Assembly: GCA_965637545.1 (NCBI GenBank)
Contig: OZ281496.1
Coordinates: 28,272,001-28,336,000, forward strand
Reading direction: 5' to 3'
Length of the DNA: 64,000 nt
From: Phallusia mammillata
Lineage: Eukaryota
Shown: positions 50,001 through 60,837 of the stretch, piece by piece
Layout of the letters: the number at the start of each line of letters is the position of its first letter
Numbering within the stretch: position 1 is the stretch's first letter
Notes under the pieces: generated by a model
The model's input: the letters and a program-made list of their open reading frames with translations, nothing else
Told to the model about the DNA's origin: nothing
The model's database searches: none
Position numbers and translations under genes: made by a program

Positions 50001-53000
50001 GTCTGCTGCTCCACACTCCACCACTCTGGAAAATATAGTTGTTTTTTCAACTCGCAAAATATGCCAGTCACATCATGTAAATGCGAAAGGACAATGCAAT
50101 CAGCGTCAACTTCAGGTTTTATGTCAAGTAACTCTGCTTTTCGCGAATCTAGAGTATTTGTTTCCGTTTTATTCTGGCTTCTTCCTTAAGTGATCTCTAC
50201 TTACCTTCGTATAATTTGGCCATTCCGGTCTCTGTCAATAGCAAGGAAGAATCCATGTTCCTCGTCATTGCTTTTGCGCAAAATGCACTTTCGAATTTGT
50301 TCCGTTGTATCGGTGTTTGGGGTTTCACCTTGCACAAGTTATAAGTTTTTGAAAATTTAAAAACGCTTGTGCAGTAAAAAATCTAAAACAATGATTGGCC
50401 TAAATCAGTGGTCGGCAACCGCCCGGTACCGGTCCGCGAGAAGTTCGTTACCAGGCCGTATAATTTTTCAGGTTAAATGCTTCAAAACATTTTGCCCATG
50501 TATCCCGGGGATGATAAACTAATTTAAGCGTTTTTATTGCTAAATATTTGTAGGTTTTTGAAGACCGGTCCGCGACAAAATTTCACTTTCAAAAACGGTC
50601 CGCAGTGCAAAAAACGTTGCCGACCCCTGGCCTAAATAATAGGCTATTTTTATGCTTAAGTTTTGAATTGTTATAAGCATTCGAAAGGTGGTTACCGTTG
50701 TTGTTTAGGCAAAGTACAATCTGATTAGATTTTTTCAAACTCAATTGATTTACAAACCTTTGAGGCTTGTTTCCCCTTTGATAGTAACGTAGTCTTGAGT
50801 TTCAACCATTGTTACCGATTCGTCCAGTTTTAGTTCAGGTGTTTGGTAGTTTTCGGTATCAGTCTGTTTTTGCTCTTTGGGAACGAATACAGGCTCCTCC
50901 GGAATCGAAATAGCGTCGAAATCTATGTCGGTCATACCCTGTGTGTGCATAACTTGTTAATAGATGTGTCTCATAACTTAAGACACCTGAATGTATAAAG
51001 CCCCACTGATTTTATCTTTTGTGTGAAAAAAATAATAATTCTGGTCTTGTCCGTGTTTCAATCTGAAACGTACTCACCGCGGTTTATAAAGTTTGCAATA
51101 TGTTCGATCTGTATTCTATTGTTTACGTGGATAGAGTACAGTACATATTTTGTTGTGGTTTTGCCCTTTTTAGAGTCAAAGAGTCAAATAACTTGTACGC
51201 GACGTTTAATGGGATTAGATATTTACATGAACCAAGATGGTAAAATTTTCTAGCCTGCCTTTGAATTTGGAACAAGTCTTTATAGTGGGAATACGCTATT
51301 AAAAGTTTGCCATTGGGTAATGATTTGTTTTCAATAAACGGGTAAATCACTTACCGTGGTCTTGAACTCTACTATTTGTTTGTAATGTTTCTTTGACTTT
51401 TTGTCGATGACAAGCAGCACGACCTCGCTCTCGCACTCCCTCAAGCGTTGTAATACCTCTTCTGGAGTTTGTCGGTCGACGTTGACGTTGTTGATTTGCA
51501 CAACACGGTCGCCGATCTGTCAATCAAACAGGTCAACTTTTTAACTTTCATAACATTAAAACGTTAAAAAAGGTTGTTTTACATCTTTGATAGAACTTTA
51601 TTTACACATTTTGCTCAACAGTCCCCTTAGTACAGTGGTTCTTAACCGGGGTTCGATCGAACCCCAGGGGTTCGGCAACGCCGGATCAGGGGTTCGACGA
51701 AGGTCTTTTTGAAGTGCAATACAAATACTCGTTTTTGACTTTAGGGTCTATAGTCGGTAAAAATGGCAATTTGTATTTGCCAGATATCAGAACACTGGAG
51801 GGTTAAACTTAGGCAGGGCTGTTTTAAACATCTCGAAATAGTTTTTGTGGTACTAAAAAGAGTATTACCAGCATAATAACCATATGTATCAGACTTTTTG
51901 TACGCCTATTGTGTGCCAACAATGCGAACAAAACAGGTTCCACAAGCATCACAATATAGATTATGACATCATAAACACTTAAGACTGATCTCCTCGTTGT
52001 GCAGCTCAATCTGTGTACCGAGCTAGAAATTAATCTGGGCTTTTTGGACGCTATTAGATGGTAAATACATAAAATAAGTATTTTAAAACAAAAATAAGCA
52101 GGTAAATGGCGGCCGTTGGTGAAATAAGAATCTGCGATGCGGCCGTCCTAGCAAAATGGTTGTGCACCCATGCACTAAGGTTTTAATTTCTTTTTTGACG
52201 TAACAAAGAGCATTGTTTTGGCAGCAAAAACTTATTTCTTCATCTTTTTCATGTTAGTGTACAGATGCTAAATACAATGCTTCATTTTGTTAAAAACAAA
52301 AAATTGCCGGAATTAAAGCAATAATGAAACAAGCTGCTTGTATTATTATGTCAGAATTTAACAAAATGACAAACAGTAACTGTTGCCACTACGTTTGAAC
52401 AAAAACTAATTATGACCCACCAAGGAAAATGGGGCAAAAACCTAGGATGTAACTTTGGGGTTCGACCAAAGGCTGAAGAATATCGTAGGGGTTCGGCCGT
52501 TATAAAAAGGTTAAGAACCACTGCCTTAGTATGTTTAGATCTCGCAAAGTGATCGTCTTAAATAATTCTCTACTTGATTTGTAAATGCGCTTTCAAAGCA
52601 AGGAGCAAGGAAAAATACGAAACAAATACGTCGACCGTCTGGTGGTTAAAACACAACATACATGAAGGCCAACTCGATCAGCAGGTCCTTGTGGATCAAC
52701 TTCTTCAACGTAGTGTCCGTCTTTGCTGGAATCGTACTTCACACAAAATCCAAACATTTCATTCTCTTTGAAAATCCTACATAGCCTCGGCTTGTTCCTG
52801 CAAGAAATAATTGTTTGCATAAGGTTGAAAGTATGCGTAAAATGTAACTCCCACGCGTTAATTGGACTTTGATTTTTTATGTGCATTGTATAATAAATTT
52901 GCCGTTTGATTTATTAAAGAACACATACGAGGCCGGTCACAGACTTTTCTAAAAGCAGAATCAAACAAAAGTGGCAAATAATTAATTGCTGCTTGAGTCA

Positions 53001-56000
53001 ATGTCATAAAAAAACTTAAACATTACTCTACGTAGATATTTGCATCAAGCTTTGACAAACAACTACAAACCCCGCACATTTTTCAAACAGTAACCTTTTG
53101 TATCTGTTGTCGTAGTCCTCGTCGACGACAATAAGGTCAGCAGTATTTTCGTGCTCGCAAATCGCCTTAATTAGTTGCTGATGAGCTTCATATTCAACGT
53201 TCTGACCGTTCACTTCCACGATCCGGTCTCCAATACGCAAACCTGCCCTATCTGCTGCTCCTCCACAATCCACCCACCGTATTACCTTGAAATAAGTTGA
53301 CGAGTATTAGTTCATTGAATCAACTAACATTTTTTAGGTCGTGGGTTGAACCCCGCCGCAGGTTGTCGTGTTTTGTCTTTCCCTTGAGCAATGTGATTTT
53401 GTACAAAGCGCACAACCAAATGCAAAGAAACATCTTGTCTTATTGTATACGCTGTAAAAACTCATGACATGTATTGGTTAGTTGTTTAATTTTACCAATT
53501 AATCTTCGCAAAAGGTACTTGTTTGTCAAATTGGAAATTATCTTATACCTGACCAATGCGGTTGTTGTCTATCACAACATATAATCCAAACTCTTCTTTG
53601 CTTCGCTTAACCAATCGGCAATATCGCGGTTTTTCGTCCCTTCGACTTTTCCGTTTCGCTGAAATAACAAATTTACGTTTATACCTCCCATGAAAAGATT
53701 AAAATCGATGGCAAGCACTCACGTTGCGGAGTAGTTGGCTGTGAACCAAGGTGACCATTGAAGTAATCTTCTGCTAGTGATGCTGTCGTTGTTACACTCT
53801 TTTTCCTGAATCGGAAAATATTATATTTAGTAATGTGTTGTAAAATGTAAACTGATGTAAACATTTTGAACCAACATCTTGTCAACACCCACATAATTGA
53901 TAAATCGCGATCAGTTTTTGTTGAACAGCGGTTGATTTGTTTGTAGAAAACTGTCGGACCATTGCGGCAAATAAACACTACTTGACACATTAAGCATACA
54001 AGGTTTACGTTGTAAGTAAATCCCCTCTGCAAAGAATATTGTATTACTCCCATTATCTAACGCTACTTGGACTTTTTGTATCCAGAATCTTTGACATAAA
54101 ACAACTAACTGGTCAAACTTTTGTTTAGATGTACCTGAAGTATCCGTCGGTTTTCGGATCAACAACAAGAAAATGGACGACGTCGCCACTCATGCGTATC
54201 CTCCTCACCACGTCACGTGAGTTTTCTCTTTCGATGTTGACCCCGTTGACTTCAACAATGCGGTCACCGATTTTTAAACCTATCCAACAAACACGTTTTT
54301 TAGAACGAGTTTCTCAAAAGTTTTCTCAAAACTCAAAAGTGAACTCAATTTGATAGCAAGACAAAAATTATGCATACCTTTGCATGCTTCAATTTAATTT
54401 AAAATTCAATTTTTTAGCACATTGCAGAGGCGATCATTTGAGGCAAAAAAGTTAAATTAAAGAATTGGCTGCGTTTAGAATGCAAGACTGAGCTAAAACG
54501 CGCCTAGTCGTTTAAAATGTAAGACAGCAAAACAGGCACCGAGTCGTTTATTTTGCTTGTTGATTCATAAATCAATCCTATACTTTTAGCCTAAAATGCT
54601 TTTTTGTGAAACCTTTTACATAAACTTTAACCAACCTGCTTTTGCACCCGATCCGTCTGGTGTAAGGTCTTCAATGAATTCTCCCTTTCTATCTTCCAAG
54701 TATAGCAAGTTGAAACCGAAACCAGTTTCAGATTTGTCGATCGTACAAAGTCGCGGTTTGTAGTCTGACTTTCCATCAGTCACGCCTACAAGAGAACAGC
54801 AAACCAAAAAACATTATCGTATACTTTTTGATCAAAGCCAATCCCTGTTAACCCTAATAAGCAAAAAATAGTCGGTACTGCTTTGATATTTAAAGTGAGG
54901 TGCCGGCATCCTGTAATCAGTTTACCAAGTTACCATAGAAGCATATCCAAAATGATGTGCTACATTGCAATGTTTAATGTACATCTCTTCCAATGAAACC
55001 ATTAAATAAGTTCATACTATTTTCGAGTACTTACCTTCGACGTTGCGTAGATTGATGTCGACCTTGTTCTCCTTATACAAGTCGCTTGTAACTCGATCAA
55101 CAACCAGTACTCGCATCTCACTACCCGCAAACTCGAATTTGTACTCGACATCTTCGCGTTTAGCATTTTGGGTCGTGGTTCCGTTTAACTGTGAGCAAAA
55201 TGAGATGAAATTGGAAAAAAAATACGCTGCAACTGCAATAAAAGAGTAGAAAACTAAACAAAATTTATGTGCACCTAATGTGTTGTTAAGGGCCAAGAGA
55301 CCTAGAAAAAATGTGGGTTTGATTCGTTGAAAATTTACATTGGCTTGTACATCCTTACATACAAAATCGTTTTTTCTAAGTTTAGGTCTTTATTTCTTGA
55401 CCCACCAACATTCTTTTAAAGTAGGCGATGTTTTGAGCCTGTTTGTTAAAAGTATTTATTAAACTATGTCATCGCTTGCTGCCCCATTCATCACCCGACA
55501 AGATTGTCTCAACCGTTTTAATCATAAACCTGCCTCTATAACATGGGATCCTTCCTTCAAACCAGCAAACTCAGCCGTCGATCCTGGATCCACGTGACCG
55601 ATGACGTATTGGTTTCTGACGTCATCGAACGTCACCGTAAATCCAAACTGATCATTTGTGTGTTTCCGAAGCACACGGTAGAGTTTGGGCAGAGGCAGCT
55701 CTGCAAGCAAATTGTTTATGTCCAAGAGTCCAAAATATGTTAACTTATGTGTTTTTTACATACCTCGCATCAATGGAAGTTGTCTTTTCAAGCTTGCAAT
55801 GCGTTTTAACGTCGGAGCATCTTTAGAACTGAAATTGAACACAATTTTATCAAACACAAAAAATACATTATTTCGCCATGTCGTCATATCAGATGGCTGC
55901 GTTGCCTTTATGTAAGTGCAACTCATGTCAACTTGTGCGTCGCTGAACTACGAAACAACACTAAATGCACTGTATAATAATTTCTACTTACTCGATCAGC

Positions 56001-58956
56001 CCCGAACTTTCATCATCTTCATCGTCATCATAGTGAAACTTCCTTCTCGTGACTAAAATCAAAACATTAATTTTTTTACGAGTTTATCAACAACACAACC
56101 AAATTACGAGCAGTTCTTATTCATAATGGACAAAAACTTTTGATACAAATGGAAAAAAATAAAGAAAACAACTAAAAAGGCAAAACAAATCAAAGTCGTC
56201 CCTACACATGTGTTTAGGCGAGTTTACAAAAACAAATGAAATCTATACGATTTTATGATTACGAGAAGAAAGTTTAAATTCACTTTGTATCAAACGTATC
56301 CCAAATATTTTTCGTATCAGTCGGCAAAAAAAAAATCTTTCTAATACAATTGTACTATCCTTCACTACATTCACCTACATTGGTATATCATGTATAGAAG
56401 TCCAGAAACAAAACCTCCACATTCCAGTATAAACAGCACAGAGGCACAAAACCAAAGAGGCCAGGCTTGAATGAACCAATGGACTTGACTTTTGATTTTC
56501 ATCAAACAACCCTAAAACGTATTGAACAGTTTTGTTATCCTTTTAAAACTCCATTAAATATTCCGAAGGTCGGTTAAATTGACTCTATTGTTTTCAAGTT
56601 GTTTGGCAACACGCAATTAATACGTATGTTGAAAACCCCGAAGAAAAAGCAATAAATTAAAGTAAATGAAGCGAAAAAAAGTACAAGAAAATGACCATAA
56701 AAATCTCTTTTTTAATTTTTTTTAAAAGTCGGACAATTAAAATCAACCAACCCTATTTTTATCAAATGAACCAAAATAAATTCTTTCTTGATTCACTAAA
56801 CGAATTCTTTTGCACAAAAAACATTTACCAACCTCTGAATATACGGGTTTTGTTACTAGAATTTGCTTCAGAACTGTTTCACCAGAACACGATGCTGGTA
56901 AAGTTGTAATGTTGGAAAATCGGTGGCGAAAGTCGTTTGGTTTTGTGAGACCGCAACACTGAAGCTGAAATACAAAACAACATAATTGTAACGCCTTTAA
57001 ACACTTCGATTTGATTGTAGAAAACACTTATATTAGGTTTAGTGCAGATCATGCTTCTGTTTATTTTTACCATGTAGTATTATTGCTTCCAATAACATTA
57101 GAACTTGACAATGATTTGACAGAGATTATCTCATTACTTCGTGCCTTGGGGCCATAGTTTTTACTTTATGCGTAATATACACGTAGCCCATAGACTTTGA
57201 TGTTTTGGATTAACCTGACGTACAGAATTTCAAGTAATATTTATAGAAAAACTCACACCAAAAGTAAAGCAGTGCGTAAGACACTTTGATGGTGGCAAAA
57301 ATGCTAATTTGACTTGTATTTTAAACTCATTTTGTTGTTAACTAACAACATGTGTTTTACTTACAGCCATTTGGAAGTGGTCCACTGCCTTTTGGTCGCT
57401 TTCTGACACTGGATAACCGATAAAAATGTCCGTGTACCATTTCTGGGACTGGTCTTCGATCTATTGTCATGCAACCCAAAATAATAGGTAAGCATAGGCC
57501 ATGAGACTATACACTTAAGTGTATTAAACAATTGCCCACATCCTTTATTTTATTACGTAAAATGCAACAATGTTTAAATGGTAATAATAAAGTAGACCAG
57601 TGGTTCTCAACCTTTGCCTGCACTCCGAACCCATATGATTATTTTTTGCTAAAAAACAAACCAATTAAATGTTTGATATGTAAGGGGGCTTTAGTCAAAC
57701 TTCCGAAGTAGCTAGGTTAAACCACACTGGTTTACTCGGGCCTAGTTAAGAACCACTACATGTTTTTGTATAGATGGGCTAGGGATCCCGGTAGTTTCTA
57801 ATCACAAAATGACCAACCGTTTTCTTTTGATGCATGAGAACCACGATGCCGATAATCTGGGCGACAGCCATAAAAAAGTGAGCCAGGAGCGACTGAAATG
57901 TTAAAAAACAAACTGGTTAATGTCACAAAAATCAAATCATAAATATGGTGCACATTTTGCTCTTGGTTAAGAACAGATGTAATTTGCAATCAAATTGACA
58001 ATCTTTAAATGAACTTTTTCTATTTATCATTTTCCCTGTGCTTGCCTTCAGAGAACTTCGAACATTTCCACTGACATTACTCACCAGGGCAAGAAGAATG
58101 TCACTTTTGGTATTTGCTCCACAAGTTCCAATGAAGGAAATCACAAGAAGGATTATTCCAACAGCGAGCAGTGAGTACAAAGCTGTAAAAGAAACTTTTG
58201 TCGTCTTTAAAGTGGCCTATTTTTACCTTGTTACGTAGTGGTAACCTTAAAAAGATAGGTTGAGTAAATTCTGACCTATATACACTTCATCCTGCATACT
58301 TGCCGATATGCGAATTATAGATTTAATGTAAATGTCTTAGTTGGTGGATAGTGTGAGTTAAATAATTTCTGTGGATTCTGGCTTTCGAAGATTGCCTTAC
58401 CTGTGGTCATTGGTGGAAATGTGTTGTAGTACATGGTGCTTGCGTGGTCGATAAACAGGAGCCAAACCGCCACACTCAGTACTGCACAACCAGCAAACTA
58501 CCAAAACATACGATACATATTATTAAACACTTAATTTTTTGCTGACAGTCAGACATTTTACACCGAAATATCGATACTGATATGTATATCAACTCAAAAA
58601 TATCTGTTGCAATGACAAATTGTACTCAAAATTACACACATCCTTTTATGGAAGCTTATTTGACGGTCTCATAAATATATTTTCACCAATAACTGAACTA
58701 GACAGTAATTCCGTACAGAAAAGGATTAACATAACTTGCTCTATTTTGCTAACTTGTAAACATTTATGCAAGATAAAAACGTACCCATAGCAGTATGTTG
58801 AATATCAGCACCAGTGATCTTAGTACCTTCCCAGTTAGTTTGCTGCTTGCACATGGTCTTCCTCTGAAACGAATTATCTCAAGTTTAAATACTGATCTAC
58901 AGCTTTGAATTATGTTGCTCTGTGTTGTACCTGACTGGACCTAGAACGTTCTTCAT
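44066..58956 (-). CDS. Putative tetraspanin-(PDZ)x9 fusion protein, ~35 coding exons, ~1,500 aa
   Basis: Phase-consistent exon chain from ATG 58956 through four TMs and CCG, two linker exons (55992-56052, 55764-55828) and nine PDZ domains to TAA at 44066. Exon choice around 45600-46150 is tentative. Confidence 0.65.
44888..44960 (+). tRNA. tRNA-Arg (ACG), intronic and antisense to the tetraspanin-PDZ gene
   Basis: GGTCCTG acceptor stem, D-loop AATGGATA, anticodon arm CCTGA-CTACGGA-TCAGG, T arm CCAGG-TTCGAGT-CCTGG; 73 nt. Confidence 0.97.
44963..44967 (+). terminator. Pol III oligo-T terminator of tRNA-Arg
   Basis: TTTTT starting 3 nt after the tRNA 3' end. Confidence 0.8.
45020..45046 (-). 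repeat. Exact 27-nt inverted copy of the tRNA-Arg anticodon-arm region
   Basis: AATCTCCTGATCCGTAGTCAGGCGCCT is the reverse complement of 44909-44935. Confidence 0.95.
46342..46535 (+). mobile_element. tRNA-derived SINE
   Basis: Cloverleaf-like head with GAGTC/GACTC and GTGGG-TTCGAAT-CCCAC stems, degenerate D arm and no U33; followed by a non-tRNA tail that recurs at 25868 and an AT-rich end. Confidence 0.75.
46695..55700 (-). CDS. Array of nine NHERF/PDZK1-like PDZ domains
   Basis: Nine repeats of (R/K)xxx(F/Y/H)G(F/L)...A..AG(L/V)..GD(R)(I/L/V)..(V/I/L)N. Binding loops in order: DQFGF, TGFGF, EEFGL, EMFGF, EEHGF, GGYGF, DSYGF, GSFGF, GSYGF. Confidence 0.93.
50406..50629. mobile_element. 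hAT MITE family C (copy 2)
   Basis: TIR CAGTGGTCGGCAAC/GTTGCCGACCCCTG; perfect TSD GCCTAAAT. Confidence 0.92.
51633..52523. mobile_element. Non-autonomous hAT (Charlie-like) element, 891 bp
   Basis: Perfect 14-bp TIR CAGTGGTTCTTAAC; perfect TSD CCTTAGTA; subterminal GGGGTTCG repeats. Confidence 0.93.
53337..53392 (+). repeat. Degenerate tRNA-SINE fragment
   Basis: B-box-like GGTCGTGGGTTGAACCCC followed by TGTCTTTCCCTTGAGCAA, resembling the CCTTG(A/G)GCAAG motif of many tRNA-SINEs. Confidence 0.4.
56379..58956 (-). CDS. Tetraspanin module (8 exons; 4-Cys EC2)
   Basis: TM1 RSLVLIFNILLWFAGCAVL, TM2 LLAVGIILLVISFIGTCGA, TM3 ..VAQIIGIVV, EC2 DHFQMALQCCG..PASC..EGCLMKI, TM4 VLFILECGGFVSGLLY. All exon lengths and phases checked. 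Confidence 0.93.
57598..57758. mobile_element. Degenerate hAT MITE in a tetraspanin intron
   Basis: CAGTGGTTCTCAAC ... GTTAAGAACCACTA; no TSD. Confidence 0.6.
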
Positions 58957-60837
58957 TTGGTTGATTGTTTGATTTGAGTCTTGAAATGTCAAATTAGAGT
59001 CATTGTTGTCATTCTACCTGCTTGGTTGTATGTCTTTTGTTTAAACACGTTTGAATACCCGTTAACCGTTAATTTAATTTAGGACTAAACATATGTGTCT
59101 TGGTTTTTCTTTTCATTATTAACCCTGCAACAGAGTACACGTATATAAAGAAAGCTACCGGGCAAAGAGTAGAAAAATTACATTCTATCATTTAAACAAT
59201 TTACCAACACCTTCTACAATGGTCTGTAATGTAATCAACCAAGCCAAAAGATTAAAGACTTTTTGTATTCCAACAGCACAAAGTATTGTGGTTGAGTTTG
59301 GCGTTGTTGACATTTAAAACTCAGCTCTTGTTTCGCAAATTGGTTAATGACTACCGTACTTTACCACTGTAGAACTTTTAACCTTTGTTCTACTAAATTC
59401 TTACTGGTTTGCATTTGAGTTATCTTTTCACTGACATTTTGAACTTGCTCTCTGAACTTTTGAACTTTTACTGAGAATAATTTCTGGTGATTTCTAAAGT
59501 CTTGTTAAAAGTTTACATGTGTCACCACAAGCTTGCAACTAACAAGGTAGTTCTGAGAGAAAAGGAGATATCCGAACTGCTTGATTACTATTCTCGAGTA
59601 CTTGTTGGGGTTTTGCGTTGTGCGAGCGCACAGCTTTCTGAAATATGTCTAATGCCTCAGGGCTTCCATGACAAACCAGTCTTTTTTGCAAACAACAAAC
59701 GCCAGTTATAACCGCGTGTTGCCATTACGACGTCATGGAGCACAACGTTTAGTGCATTCAAACTGGGCGTTGTTTGGGCGTGGGCACTTTTAAATACCTT
59801 CGTTTGGGAAACGATTTTACATTCCTATTCCACATTCAAACTGTTATAACTGCGATTAATGGTTTGGTTGCTTGTTGAATTGTACCATGTTTGTTGAAAT
59901 TGAGATCATCTTCATTTGTTACCGTTGTAAAGAGTTGTTGTGTTGGTTGGTAAGGTTTATCTTTATTTTATACTGAGCAATGTGCACAAACAATTCTAAA
60001 ATCTATCTACTGACCTTAAAAGTCTGCCGTATTGAGGTATTGCTAGGTGTGACTCATTCGTGGATTCAAAGTTGTTGGACGAGAATTTGTGTCTCGGGCT
60101 CAAAATAAAAACGTCGGAACATTGGTAAAACGCTGAACAAAGATTTGGCTTGTGTTTATATAAACTGTTGCTGCCATAAAAAATTTGCCCGAAAAGCTCT
60201 ATAAGGTCGATGCTTTGTGTTTGTTTGTTACAAGATCCGCAATATCTTCCAGCACTTCTTAATATTCAGAACCCATCGTTGTCTGGTTTCCACAAAGTTT
60301 TTTCTTGTACACAAAGCCAATCAACTGTTGGTTTTCAGGAGTAGCGTGTTTGACTGGCCCGTTCAATTTGTGAATAGAAAAGGTAGGTTGACCTGTCGCT
60401 CAAATTATGTCACGAGTATCAGAGGCACGCGCTCATGTTGATACGAACTAAAGTGGCCGAGTCAAGTGGATAACGATGCGCGATTTAATGGTGTGAGAGG
60501 CACCAGGTTATCATTAAATTAAAATCGATTGCAACGTGATGCCTTTTATTTCACACGATTTATCAAAAGAAGCTTATGTTGAGAGAAACTCAGTGTTAAA
60601 AACTGCTTGGCATATTGTTCGGGTGGACAGATTGTGATTGAATCGTTCAGACTCACCTGACTTAGTTTGTTATAAAAGTTTTGCCTTGTTCTGTTTTATA
60701 ACTTTTGTTAGAACAGTGTCTGTGGTAACAGAAAGGCAATGAGGAGTAGCCTAGTTGCTACCATCTTGGATGTCCAATAAGCTTTTTCAAGAATACGTTT
60801 TCTGACTCTTTGGCGAATTTGCAACAAACGAATTTCA

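Noticed and set aside
57367-57487. Plus-strand exon antisense to a tetraspanin exon (TTACAG ... GTAAGC)
   Set aside because: All three frames contain stops, and the apparent acceptor is simply the reverse complement of the minus-strand donor.
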